NCBI GenBank assembly: GCA_964016885.1
Contig: OZ024742.1
Span: 90,582,001 to 90,646,000 of the forward strand
DNA: 64,000 nt
Source of the DNA: Eledone cirrhosa
Taxonomy: Eukaryota
Direction: 5' to 3'
Both the position numbers and the translations under genes were made by a program. Shown here in pieces: positions 27,564 to 40,690 of this stretch. Numbering within the stretch: position 1 is the first letter of the stretch; each line of letters starts with the position of its first letter. The notes below the pieces were generated by a model. That model saw only the letters and a program-made list of their open reading frames with translations, did not search any database and was not told the DNA's origin.

Positions 27564-30500
27564 ATGACCTCACTCAGAATAGGCAGCATAAATGCGCGTG
27601 GCTTGGGGTCGTCATGGAAGCAGGGCCACCTGCTCAAAGACCTTAGGTCACTAAACATAGATGTAGTGGCCATCAGCGAGACCAGAATCTCTGAAGCACG
27701 GGCCTTGGCACCGATCTTCGGCGGCTACGATGTGTACGCATCTCCCAGCCGTCCTGGATCGGGGGGGGGGAGGTCTTGTTGTGCTTTTTCGAAGAGGTTT
27801 GGATCTCGCCATACGGACCATCTTCCTGGACCCAGAAGATAAGTTGGTGGTGCTGGACGTGACCAGCGAAGACGGGCAAGCTTTCAGGCTAGTGGCCGTC
27901 TATGCCCCGACAGGAGCAGGGCGGCCTGATTTCTTCCGGCGTCTGGAGACCTTTCTTGGAACGTCCCGCTCTTTAGTGTTAGTGGGAGACTGGAACGGGA
28001 TCCTAGATGCACGCTGGGACTGTGTGGAATTAGCGGATAGGGGAGCAGGGTGCAAGAGCCTCACCAACCAACTCAGGCGTTTTGAACTGTCTGACAGGTA
28101 CCGATTGGATTTCCCGAATGTGCCAATGTGGACTTGGACAAACCGCATAGGGTCATGCAGATCATATCTAGATAGAGTATTTTGTAGGGAAATAGATAGG
28201 TCTAGCATAGGCTGCCCAAAATTCAAGATAGTCAGCTACATGGACCACAAATTTGTGATCTGTGTGCTTGACTTAGATAGGCTTCATAGACGAGGACCCG
28301 GCTACTGGAAGCTAAACGCGTCCTTACCAGCGCGCATGGCCTACAGAGACCGGATTAGCGAATTAGTTAAGCGGGCGTTGACGGGGGCCATCGTCAACAA
28401 CAAGTGGTGGTTTGCTCTGAAAAGAGCGATTTGAATAGAGTACATTAGGTTTAGTAAGGCTTTAGCAATAGAGAAACATAGAGCAGAGAGAGAACTAGTT
28501 AGAAAATTAGACGAGGCGCTTAGCAAAGGCATCGCGACCGACGTACCTGCGCGAAATTGGACCTTGACCAATTCTTCAATGCAAAGCACGAAGGCTGTGT
28601 TGTCAGAGCTAGGGTGCGTGCTCTCAGACACGACGGGACGAAAGCCGTTCAATGGACCCGAGTGGCGGACGGAGGCACGTCGTGGCAACAAAGCCACGAT
28701 CCGGTCTTTGGTGGACCACGACGGGCGCATGCTACTCGATCCCGGGCAAATGTGTGAAGCTTTTCAGCGACACTTCGCTCAGCTGTTCGGGGGCAGCGGC
28801 GGGCCGGATCGAGGGATGGACTTTAGTGTCTACCTCGACGGACTGCCGGGGCTCTCTGCCACTGAGGCGGAGTGTTGCGAAAAGCCGATAACAGCCGCTG
28901 AAGTACGGGAGGCAATGACTGGCTGCACAAGGGGTAAATCGCCTGGTTTGGATGGTCTGCCCTATGAACTTTACGTACAGATGCTAGACTTGTTCGGAGG
29001 CCTCTTGGCGGACGTCTACTGCAACTGGCAACAGAACGGGAGAATTCCCAGCTCTGTGAGCCGAGGAGCTGTGGCGCTGCTGAGAAAGGATCCGAACAAG
29101 GGGGATAACATAGATAATGTCAGGCCCATAACTCTGCTAAACACAGAGTTCAAGATGTTGGCCAAGGTGCTAGCAAATAGATTAGCGCTTGTCGTTGGTG
29201 GTCTGGTGGGAGAGGCGCAGACATGCGCCATTCCCGACAGATCCATCCACGACAACCTCCACTTCATGCGATACATCGTGGAGAGGGTAGCTAAGGAACC
29301 TGGCACGGCTGGGTCTTTGATCAATTTAGATCAGTCGAAAGCTTTCAATAGGGTCGACCATCTTTACCTAGCCGCAGTCCTGAGGGCGGCTAGCTTTGGG
29401 TCCGTCTTCAGAGGCTGGACCGCTGCCATGCACAGCGACATCTGCTCTGTGGTGAGAGTGAACGGTCACCTTTCGGAACCGTTCAACATCATGCGCTCGG
29501 TCCGCCAAGGATGTCCCCTCTCGTCCCTCTTGTACGTATTGACACGCGAACCATTACTGCACAAACTGGAGACGTTGAGGGGCGTCCCGCGCGAACTAGG
29601 ATGCGGAAGATCCGTGTCAGCCTATGCGGACGATGTCACCGTAGTGATGTCGAACGCCAAACACATCGAGGCGATCGGCACTACACTAAGAGAATACGAA
29701 GCGGTGACAGGAGCTATGATCAACCAGGAAATGTCAGTGGGCCTGCAACTCGGCACCTGGAGAGGCAGATCCATGCCGTCCAACAGCGCCGGTTAAATTG
29801 TTAGGGGTCTGGTTCGGTCCGGACCTCCAGACGGATAAAAACTGGAACGAGGTGACGAGCAGGGTGGCTTCTCTCACCCAGAAATGGGCGGACAGGAAGC
29901 TATCCCTGAAAGGTCGAGCGGAGGTGGCTAACGCGTACATCGCGTGCGTCATCTACTACCGCCTGACCGTCATACCTTGTCCTAAGCCCCGCCTGACTGC
30001 GCTGGAGCGTTTTCTCTTTCGCTTTCTGTGGAAGAGATGCGCTCCGATGGTCAGGCGGTCCATCTGCTGTCAACACCCGCTACGTGGAGGGATTGGGCAT
30101 GCCGTGGCTGATGATCCGCAGACATAGGCTCAGGCTACGACATCTCCACCTGTTCCTCGACGGTGATCAGGTGTGGTCGCCATTTGCTAGACGCGTCTTT
30201 TCCCAGCTTGTCTCCTTGATGGAGCTGCAGTCCTGGGTCAGGCGAAGACCGAGGGGGAGCGCTTGGAGAGTGGAATGTCTACAGGCGCTCACAGCCCTCC
30301 GCTAATCGGGCAATGTGATCAGTGGAAACTCCACCTTGGCGTTCTATAGAGGATTAGTGGAGGGGAAGAGCGACGACGTACTTGGGGAAACTCTAGGCGT
30401 CGACGAAAATCAACTATCCAATCTCTTCGGAAGAAATTTCGGGCCGGGTCTTATGGACAACTTCCAGAAATCCCTGGTCTGGCAGTGCTACCGAGGAGCC

Positions 30501-30941
30501 TTGCCAGTTCGGGATAAACTCTACAGGCATGGAGGTGCCGTCAGCCGGGCATGTCCGAGATGCGCGCAGGGCGACGAAACCGTCCTGCACGCACTCGTCC
30601 AGTGTCCGAGAATTGCTGACTTGTGGGTTTATTTCGAACACTTGCTGTCGCGTGTAGGACGGATCCGGCTATCATCTGAGTCCATCGTGAGGATTGCCCC
30701 GCCCTCTTCCTTTAGCCGGGAAGGGCAGGCAGTTTGTATCTGTCTGGTGGCCATGGCGAAAGAGATAGTATGGTGGACACGTTTGAAATGGTTGAAGACG
30801 AGCATTTACCTCTTCGGTGATGCCCTGATTGACTTTTTCAAATTTCATTTGAAAATGAAAATCAGGGTAGAGAGGGAAGTGCTCTCTTCCCAGTATTTTG
30901 TTGAAAGATGGGTGAGAGAAAAAGAAGAATGGCCCGAGTGA
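27564..30941 (+). pseudogene. Tx1 ORF2 (APE endonuclease, reverse transcriptase, zinc finger), disrupted
   Basis: Motifs SINARGL, ISET, VGDWN, YLDRVF, MDHK, YWKLN, KSPGLDG, RQGCPLS, YADD and CPRCAQGDETVLHALVQC. Confidence 0.9.
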
Positions 30942-31229
30942 ATACTCTGAGTATGTGTCTGTAAATTAAAGGTGGAAAACTGGGAGAGGGCACTTGCCCT
31001 GGTGGTCAGGGTCACTGTGGCCTTTTAATGGGCTTTCGCCACAAATGTCCCTCCGAAGTCTCCCCCCTATTGGGGAATTTTCCATTGTTATTTTTTTATT
31101 ACAGCCTCTGTTTTTGTTTTTTACACGCAGAAATGCCCATTTGTACCGTCCTGTATTGTCCTGTATTGTCCTTAATGTCTACTTTATGTAAACCGTTGTG
31201 GTTAAAAAAGAAAGTGTTATTATTATTAT

Positions 31230-31786
31230 TACAGTTGCATTTATCTTGCTTTATGTTCATACGAGTTATCACCAAGTCACAACCAGTGACCTCAAGAGAC
31301 AACAAGGTCCGCCATGTTCAAGAAAGAACATACATATTCACACATGCATCTTTAGTGTTTAGACTTGTGATGTACTTATATTGACAGAATCTTCCTTAGT
31401 ATATGGGCAGTTCCCATTAGTACTATCTTTTGTATTTCTCCTATACGCGGGTTTCCTGGGATTTGCGATAAGTAATCATTAGCCCCCTTAGGTATCATTC
31501 CCAGAGCGCCTACAACCACTGGTATTGTTTTAGTTCTCAATTTCCACATTTTTCCAATTTCTATCTCCAGGTCCTTATACTTGCTCAATTTTTCAAATGT
31601 TTTTATAGATACATTCTTGTCTATTGGAACAGACATATCAATTAGCAGGCATACCCTCTTTTGAAAGTCTTTCAATATTATATCAGGTCTGTTTGCATCT
31701 ATTTTTCGGTCTGTTTGGATGCTAAAGTTCCACAAGATTGAGATGTGATCTTTTTCAAGTATGGGAGGTGGTTGATGCTCCCACCA
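31230..31786 (-). mobile_element. Dong family B 3' fragment (third copy)
   Basis: Same endonuclease domain and 3' UTR as the 22130 copy. (TAA)n lies at both ends. Confidence 0.88.
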
Positions 31787-31840
<54 letters not shown>

Positions 31841-32147
31841 GTTCAGTCTTTCAAGACGGGCTTCACTTCGCTCCTGTAAGTTTGTTCTATTTTCACTGTT
31901 ATTCAACATTTTGCATTGAAATTTTGATATCGTTTTGAAGTCAGTATCCTTGTGAGCTGGGTCGTTTAGCTCCACTTGAAGCCATTAGAGGTCAAATCTG
32001 TGTTTGTTTTTGAAACACGCCACTCATTTTTCTACGAAAATTAAGATGGCGGACAAAAATATTGCGTGCGCTAAACAGAATATCGAGTTATCCATAGAGA
32101 GGAATAGCCATAATTATGAAAGCAATCACAGCAGCAGCACAACTATT

Positions 32148-34591
32148 GTGCGTGCTCTCAGACACGAGGGGTCGAAGCCTTTCGATGGGCCTGAGGAGTG
32201 GATGTGCGTCGTGGCAACAAAGCTACCTTTCGGTCTTTGGAGGACCACGACGGGCACATGTTGCTCGAACGCGAGCAAATGTGTGCGGCCTTTCAGCCAC
32301 ACTTTGCTCAGCTGTTCGGGGGCTGCGTTGGGTCGGATTGCATGATGGACTTTAGCTCCTACCTCGACCGACTGCCGCGGCTCTTGGCCACTAAGGCGGA
32401 GTGTTGCGAAAAGCCGACAGCAGCCGCTGAAATACGAGTAGCAAAACTGATTGCACGGTGGGTAAATCGCCTGGTTTGGATGCTTTACGTAAACATGTCA
32501 GACTTGTTCGGCGACATCTTGGCGGACGTCTACTGCAATTGGCAGCATCACGGGAGAATTCCTAGCTCTGTGAGTCTAGGAGCCGTAGTGCTGCTGAGAA
32601 AGGACCCGAAGAAGAGCGACAAGATAGATAATTTCAGGCCTATAACTCTGCTAAACGCAGAGTTCAAGATTTTGACGAAGGTGCTAGCAAAGAGGTTGGC
32701 GCTTGTCGTCGGTGGTTTGATGGGTTAGGCGCAGACATGTGCCATTCCAGACAGATCCATCGACGGCAGCCTCTGCCTCATGCAATACATTGTGGAGATG
32801 GTAGCTAACAAACCTGGCAAGGAAGGGGCCTTGATCAATATAGATCAGTCGAAAGCTTTCAATAACGTCGATCATCGTTATCTGGCGGTGGTCCTGAGGG
32901 CGGCCGACTTTTAGTCCGCTTTCAGAGGCTGGATCGCTGCCATGCAAAGCGACATCTGCTCTGTGGTGAGTGAACGGTCACCTTTCGAAACCGTTCAACA
33001 TCATGTGCTCAGTCCGCCAAGGATGTCCCCTCTCCGTCCCGTTATACGTATTGACTCTCGAGCCATTACTGCACAAACTGGAGACGTTGAGGGGCGTCGC
33101 GCGCGAACTGGGATGCGGGATAACTGTGTCAGCATATGCAGACGACGTCACCGTAGTGGTATCGAATTCCAAACGCATCGAGTCGACTGGCATTTCATTA
33201 AGAGAATATGAAGCGGTGACAGGAGCAATGATTAACCAGGAAAGGTCGGTGGGCCTGCAACTCGGCACCTGAAGAGGCAGGTCCATGCCGTCCAACAGCG
33301 TTGTAGGGCGCTAGACGGATGGATCAGTCAAATTGCTAGTTGTCTGGTTCGGTCCGGACTTCCAGACGGAGAAAGCTGGGACGTGCCTTGTCCTAAGCGT
33401 TGCCTGACTGCGATGGAGCGTTTGCTCTTTCGCTTTATGTGGAATGGACGCACTCCGATGGTCAGGTGGTCCATTTGCTGTCAACACCCGCTACGTAGCG
33501 AGCGTTGACAGGAAATGGACCGCCTGATGATGCGCAAACATGCGCTCAGGCTATGGCATCTCCACCTCTTCCGCGACGAAGATCAGGTGTGGTCGCTGTT
33601 TGCTAGACGCGTTTTTCACCAGCTCGTCTCCTTGACGGAGCTGCTGTCCTGGATAAAGCGAAGACCGAGAGGGAGCACTTGGAGTTTGGAATGTCTTCAG
33701 GCGCTCACAGCCTCGACCAACCGAGCGATGCGATCGGTGGAAACTCCACCTTGGCGTTCTATAGAGGATTAGTGGAGGGAAAGAGCGACGACGTCCTTGG
33801 GGAGACTCTAGGCGTCGACGAAAATCAACTAGCCAATCTCTTCGGGAAAACTTTCGGGCCGGGGTGCATGGCAACTTCCAGAAATTCCTGGCAGTGCTAC
33901 CGAGGTCCTTTGCTAATTCCTTTGCTATAGGCATGGAAGTGCCGTCAGCCGGGCCGTCCGAGATGCACGCAAGGCGACGAAAACGTCCTGCACGCACTCG
34001 TCAAGTGTCCAAGCATTGCTGACTTGTGTTTATGTCGCGTGTAGGACGGATCCAGCTATCAGCTGAGTCCATCGTGAGGATTGCCCCACAGTCTTCCTTT
34101 AGCCGGGAAGGGCAGTCAGTTTTTATTTGCTTGGTGGTCATGGCGAAATAGGTCGTGTGGTGGACGTGTTTGAAAGGGCTGAAGACGAGCACTTACCTCT
34201 TCGGTGGTGCCCTGATTGACTTTTTCAAATTTCATTTGAAAAGGAAAATCAGGATCAAGAGGGAAGTGCTCTCTTTCCAACAATTTGTTGAAAGATGGGT
34301 GAGAGCGGCCCGAGTGAATGGGCCTGCTCTGAGCATGCGCCTGTAGATTGGAAGTGGGGAACTGGGAATAGGTAATTGCCCTGATGGTCAGCGTCACTAT
34401 GGCCTTTTTAATGGGCTTTCTCCAAGAGAGTCCCTCGGAAGTCTCCCTTCTATTGGTGAAGTTTCCTTTGTTTCTTTTTTTATTTACTTTGTTATTATTT
34501 TTTCTTTACACGCAGAAATGCCCATTTGTACCGTCCTGGGTTGTCCTTAATATTATACTTTATGCCAATGCTTGTGGTTAATAAAGAAAGC

Positions 34592-34592
<1 letters not shown>
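32148..34592 (+). mobile_element. 5'-truncated, more decayed Tx1-like LINE
   Basis: Homologous to 28613-31215 (FRPITLLN, RQGCPLS, YADD). Ends in (ATT)n. Confidence 0.88.
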
Positions 34593-34619
<27 letters not shown>

Positions 34620-34622
<3 letters not shown>

Positions 34623-34885
34623 ATATATTTTATATTTGTATATTTTCATTGTTAAATTAGTCTTGCCATTGTGCACTTTTACTCGAGCTTATCGTAACCC
34701 CCTACTGTCCCTGTCTTTGTATTGTCCCCTACATGTCGGCCCTTGTGGCCAATAAATGAAATCATTACTTTTATTATTAATACTAAAGAAAGCATTATTA
34801 TCATTAATACTATTATTATTATACACGTTGTATATGTAAACCCCACTGTCCCAATCTTTTGTATTTCCCCTATATTTCGGCCTTA
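34620..34885 (+). mobile_element. Tandem Tx1 3' UTR fragments
   Basis: TGCCATTGTGCACTTTTACTCG...GTCCCCTACATGTCGGCCCTTGTGG also occurs at 18467-18562 and 22001-22100. Confidence 0.75.
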
Positions 34886-34959
34886 AAGTACCAGTAATAC
34901 ACTGTTAAATGCTGGCCTTGTGCCAAAAGTAGAAACAATTGTTATTATTATTAATACTA

Positions 34960-35042
<83 letters not shown>

Positions 35043-35068
35043 GTTATTGTTATTATTGTTATTAGTAT

Positions 35069-35103
<35 letters not shown>

Positions 35104-36393
35104 TGAAGTGGATGAGGAGGAGCAGTAATTTACTTTAACTTCAAGAGTTCTTCCTTTCTCGTCAACTTTGTCACCTTGGGCACTCCATAGAAGTGATTTT
35201 GGTGAGGTCGTAATGCTGTGGATACGTTAATTCTGCTGCAGCCTAGCGTGATTAATCAACTTCACCGGAACTAATGAAGCATCAGTTAGTATCTGCTGCT
35301 GCTACTGATGATTATGATGATGGTGGTGGTGGTGGTGGTGGTGAGGAGGAGGAGGAGGAGGAGGAGGAGGAGGAGGAGGAGGAGGAGGAGGAGGAGGAGG
35401 AGGAGGGATGATTGGGGGGGGGGGGTGAGTATTGGGAGGAGGTGTCGGCCTTGTCGTCGCCGCCATGATGAGGAAAAGAAGGATGACGTCGACGATAAAA
35501 TTAATAATTGTTTCTAGTTTTGGCACAAGGCCAGCAAATATCCCAGTGCATTACTGATGCTTTATTTTATCGACCCCGTAAGGATGAAAGGCAAAGTTAA
35601 CCTCGGCGGGAGTAATAATGATGATGAGAAGGAAACGTTTATAGCAGGTATTGAAATGTAGCTCTTAGGATTTCTCTGATATTATGTTTCCTCATCTGTT
35701 GAAGAAATATTCGCATGCTTCTGATAAGTTTCCCGTTTGACCAATGTATATTTCTTCGTAATTCAGGCATTTGATATAGTAAATCAGATTTCTTCGTTTA
35801 CAATTCATATGGCATTTGCAAATATTGTTCATGTTGTTCATTTAAACTTTGCCTTTGTTACTAATTGTTTCAAGTTACTTGACTGTTGTCTGCTTTGAAT
35901 ACGTGTACTCTCAGTAATTATATACTTAATTATTTCAATTTGTCTGATAATCGGTATATTTGGTTTAGTGACTTGAAAAAAATATTTTCCCTATATTGAT
36001 TGTGCCGCTAAAAGATGTACTATATGATGGATTTTATATATCTTTTTTGTGCAATCTATGTTACATGTTATCTCCCTATCACTCACATTGACTTTGTTGC
36101 ACAGCCTTACCTTTTTCAGGGCAATGTCTGCAGGAAAACGGACGGAATAGAAACCAGAATGGGGGCTCACCAAATTTCTTATGGCGGAAGCGAAGGGATA
36201 TGCAATCTTGATAACCAGTAACGAGCGAGAAACGGCCGTCGGTTGCTTCCCTTTGTTTCTCATAGCGAATGGTCTTCAAAATGTTTTAAAATAAACATAC
36301 AGTATATTATCAAATATACTATACTATACTATATATATATATAGTATAGTATAGTATCAGAGCAAACATCACAGACGCTCTATCTCAAAATTA

Positions 36394-36429
36394 TTTTTGA
36401 AAAGCATTAGAAATGCGCAACCGGTAAAA
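36394..36429 (+). ncRNA. Hammerhead, U3-A8 family, with an A13C change
   Basis: TTT-TTGAAAA-GCAT TAGAA ATGC-GCAAC CG GTA-AAA. Homologous to 62785-62822. Confidence 0.55.
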
Positions 36430-36537
36430 CTTAAAACCAAAACTGTATACTAACCAATACTATTACTAATTCTCACTTATTCCTAATTAAACTATTTTTC
36501 ACTGTGAACAATTTGTCAGCATTTTCTTTTCCATTTA

Positions 36538-36628
<91 letters not shown>

Positions 36629-36673
36629 TAAAAGAGTCGAAGTCAGTGTTGCGCATATGTACACACTTTATTT

Positions 36674-36762
36674 GCTTATTACAATTGTTTCGCTATCGAT
36701 CAGCTGAGGGTACAATCAATGTGACGGGGTCCGTCTCTCATTCGACATCTCATCAGATATGC
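36674..36762 (-). ncRNA. Hammerhead ribozyme with a large branched stem II
   Basis: GCATAT-CTGATGA-GA TGTCGA...(GACGG ACC CCGTC)...TCGATA GC-GAAAC AATT GTA-ATAAGC. Confidence 0.75.
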
Positions 36763-37816
36763 GAGTTCATATGTGCAAAGAAACATCTAAAATTGTTGAC
36801 AGAGGTCCTGAGGTCCGTTTATATACACATATTGGTGGGTTTGTAGAGGGTGGGGAGTACGTAGGCTCAGATTTAGAGGGTGGAGTAAAGATAAAAATAT
36901 AAAAACGTAAACGGTAGAATGTGTAACAGGTAAGAATATATTATATTAAAAATATGTATTCAAAAAGCTTAACTGAAATGCTAAAAAAGGAAAGTAAGAA
37001 GAAAGGGGGGGGGCGTGTGTGAAAGGTTAACGAAAATAATAGTAAATAAGTAAATAATAATAGAGAAATATTCGAGTAAGAAATGTACTGGTAAGGGTGA
37101 AGATGAAAAAATAAAATGATAATGATGATGATGGTGATAGCGGTAATAAAAGAAAATGAAATGAAGGAAAAGAAAGGAAAAAATTATGAAAAGATAAGAG
37201 GGAAGACACTGAAGACAAGGTCTAAGAGATTTGTTTTGGTATAGAACTGTGTAACGACATCGACGCCAACAATGACAACAGTCCTAATTGTCACTAAGAG
37301 TGATATTTACAATAGGTGCTTAGTGTGTGGCTACATGTCGTTTTAGTTGTCCAGTTTTGATTCTTTGTGTGATGGAATTATTTATGGGTGCGCTCCTATT
37401 AGTGTCGACAACAACAAATACTACCACCAACAACAGCAATCACTAACGACCTAATGTACCAGTGGGGGTGAAGTTCAGTATCTGGCACATTGATTTTGGT
37501 AGTGGTAATAAAAGGAATAAAGTAAAAAATAATTAAGAGAAAATTGATTAATTTACTTGGGCGGAAGGGCTAACCGAGATGACATGCTGAAGATTCCTTT
37601 ATAAGAGTGTGTCGGCATCAGCGATAACAACAACACGACCAACATCCATAATCGTCCTCAAGGTTGATATTATTGGGATTTACGACGGACGCCTACACAT
37701 TATCGCTACCACCATCAGCAGCGGCGGTCAATGTAGAAGTAGCAGCAGGACTAGAGCAACATCAACGGCCAATACACACACACGCACACACACGCACACA
37801 CACGCACACACACACA

Positions 37817-37901
<85 letters not shown>

Positions 37902-38128
37902 CAAGAAAGATGGGAAAAAATTACTTCAACATTTAATTTTAAATCTTTAATTTTTAGTTTTTAATTCTTATTAATTCTTTTTAATTGTAATACTCAACAT
38001 TTAATAAGATGAATTTTAATAATACATCGAAACCGGTAATACTTTATATACTTTATATACATTATAAAACTCTTTTTTAAAAGAATTGTGCCTCTCATTT
38101 TTTTAATAATGTCATTTTTTCAGTAATG

Positions 38129-38296
38129 TCACTTTGACAAATCAAAGAAAGGAAAACAAAGAAAAACAGACCCTAAAATATATTTTCCGTTACAAAACAG
38201 TGCATATAGAGAAAAGGTGAAGTTGGAAATAGCACGAAAAATATATTTTAGGGTCTGTTTTTCTTTGTTTTCCTTTCTTTGATTTGTTAAAGTGAT
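38129..38296. repeat. Fold-back inverted repeat with ~58-bp arms, adjoining (TA)n
   Basis: TCACTTTGACAAATCAAAG...AATATATTTTC pairs with GAAAATATATT...CTTTGATTTGTTAAAGTGA. Confidence 0.85.
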
Positions 38297-38308
38297 ATAT
38301 ATATACAT

Positions 38309-38403
<95 letters not shown>

Positions 38404-38422
38404 TACACACATATATATATAT

Positions 38423-38498
<76 letters not shown>

Positions 38499-38528
38499 AA
38501 TACACAAGAATCAAAGTTATGTTTAAAA

Positions 38529-38592
38529 CATTTAATCGCTGACAATTGTTTCTTCCAAACCTAGGGTTGTGGTCTTCGGAGCATTATCAATG
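38529..38592 (-). ncRNA. Hammerhead motif with a U4C core change
   Basis: AATGCT-CCGAAGA-CCA C AACC CTA GGTT TGG AA-GAAAC AATT GTC-AGC GATT. Confidence 0.6.
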
Positions 38593-38894
38593 TTTGTACA
38601 TATAATTCAAATTAATATCCGGATATTAAACCGATGAAAATTCTCGCAGCTGAACAACGCTAATCTATAAATATGGATTAAATAACACTAAGTTACAATA
38701 CATTACAATCCATTACTATAACAAACATTCAATACGAATATATCGTAACTTACGTAATGGATGTGAAATCTGTCACTTTCTTTTTCTACACACATACAAA
38801 TTTGAACTATACAGAAAATATCCTCGCATTGCAACCACCATAATACACTAACATATTCGCTTAAAGTGTGTGAGTGTGTGTGTGTGTGTGTGTA

Positions 38895-38928
<34 letters not shown>

Positions 38929-39047
38929 TAATTATTACAATATGTATAATATATTAATAATTATTACAATATGTATAATATATTAATACATATATGTTAA
39001 TTGCATACACACAAACACACACACATATATATATATATACACACAAC

Positions 39048-39157
<110 letters not shown>

Positions 39158-39182
39158 AGGGAGAGAGGGAGAGAGAGAGAGA

Positions 39183-39249
<67 letters not shown>

Positions 39250-39591
39250 AGGAAAATGCGAAGTTGCAGTTGTTAATGATTCCTTTAATAATAGAGCCAT
39301 TATACATATTTCAATGACGATTAATATCGTGATATCACTAGACAGCAACATTGAGTAAAAGGTAACATTTCCGAGGCAATTATGAGTGGAAGGGAGCGGT
39401 CTAAAAAACATTTATACTTTTGCTTTTTTTAAATTTTTAGTCCGCTCCCTTCCACCCATAATTGCCTCGGAAATGTTACCTTTTACTCAATGTTGCTGTC
39501 TGATGAAATCACGATATTAATCGTCATTGAAATATGTATAATGGCTTTACTAATAAAGGACTCATTAACAACTACAGCTTCGTATTTTCCT
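39250..39591. repeat. Fold-back with ~160-bp arms, each carrying a hammerhead motif
   Basis: 39250-39409 is the reverse complement of 39435-39591. Confidence 0.85.
39495..39545 (+). ncRNA. Hammerhead ribozyme
   Basis: GCTGT-CTGATGA-AATC ACGAT ATTA ATCGT CATT-GAAATA TG TAT A-ATGGC. The inverted copy at 39296-39346 has a mutated core (CTAGTGA). Confidence 0.75.
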
Positions 39592-40359
39592 CTTTCTAAA
39601 TATACTCCGTTATCCATATTTTGAAGAAGTAATATGACGTCGAGTGCTTGAATTGAATTCCATCCTTGTGTACCGAATATATATATATATGAATTCATAT
39701 TACATCCGCGTTAAAATAACCCGTACAAAAAATATAGGAATTCTTTTGTTTGAGTAAATATTTAAATTCTTAGTTATTATTTCCTTGTTAGTCAAGACCA
39801 AGATGATCCTTTTCCTTCCCTTACAAATTTGAGATGGGAGGGTATGAGGAAAGTATCCTCAAATGGAGTGCGCTGAATGCTTGCAGCTATCAGGTGCTGG
39901 TATTAAACCTGGAAATGGATGAAGTTTTCCCCTCAATTAGTTTAATGTGATTTGAACTCAGAAATCAAACATCTTGAAAAATGTCGCAAACCCTCTTGCC
40001 GGATGTTCTAATAATTCCGCATTTCTCCCGTGAGACTGCAGTTTATTTACCGCCTCAGTAAAGGTCAAAGTCAAAGCTAACCTCGACGGTATTTAAATTT
40101 AGAATGTATTTTCCAGCTTACAATATTCCATTACTCTTTTGTTTTCATGTCCTTTTCTTAGGAGAATATTCCAACAATATAATTTACTAAAACAGATACT
40201 CAAAGACTGTCAATTTTTGTCAGAATGTTACTGCCTTTTGATTACTTCCGTTTCGTCATGTGTAGATGCAAAATACACATACAGACATAGATACACCTAC
40301 AGACATACACGTTTAGTTTACAGAATCATAAACCACACTATTTTTACATAACACTAAAG

Positions 40360-40690
40360 TTCGTTGTTCTGACTTCCATGCATCTTCGAAAGACTACAAT
40401 GTAGTCTCTGATTGTCACAGCTAGATTTTTAGTTCAATCCCACTGCATTACACCTTGGTAAGCGTCTTCTAACATAACCCTTGATTGACCAAAGATTTGG
40501 GAGCTTAACTTTCCACATAGAAACTGTGTGAAAAGCTCTGAGAGAGTCCATTCCTCCTCCTAGATTTAACACCACCAACCTGCGCTTGAATACTCTTAGC
40601 GGAGCCAATCTTTTGGCAAGCTTTCTGGTCACGTCTCGAGTATCTTATTTCCACCAATGTCAGAGATCATGAAACAGATCACAGGCCTTG
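40360..40690 (-). mobile_element. Possible decayed CR1/Jockey-like LINE 3' remnant
   Basis: Weak resemblance only: TRKLAK.....R..F and a WN.LP-like C-terminal pattern. Confidence 0.3.

Larger units (their letters stand above)
25338..31215 (+). mobile_element. Near full-length Tx1/L1-clade LINE with in-frame stops and frameshifts, inserted in (TTA)n
   Basis: Has a 5' UTR, ORF1 with a CCHC knuckle, ORF2 with APE, RT and C-terminal CCHC, and a 3' UTR ending in (ATT)n. Confidence 0.9.

Noticed and set aside
38001-38038. TTAATAA-GATG...CATC-GAAACCGGTA
   Set aside because: Possibly a decayed U3-A8 hammerhead, but G5 is mutated and stem I does not pair.
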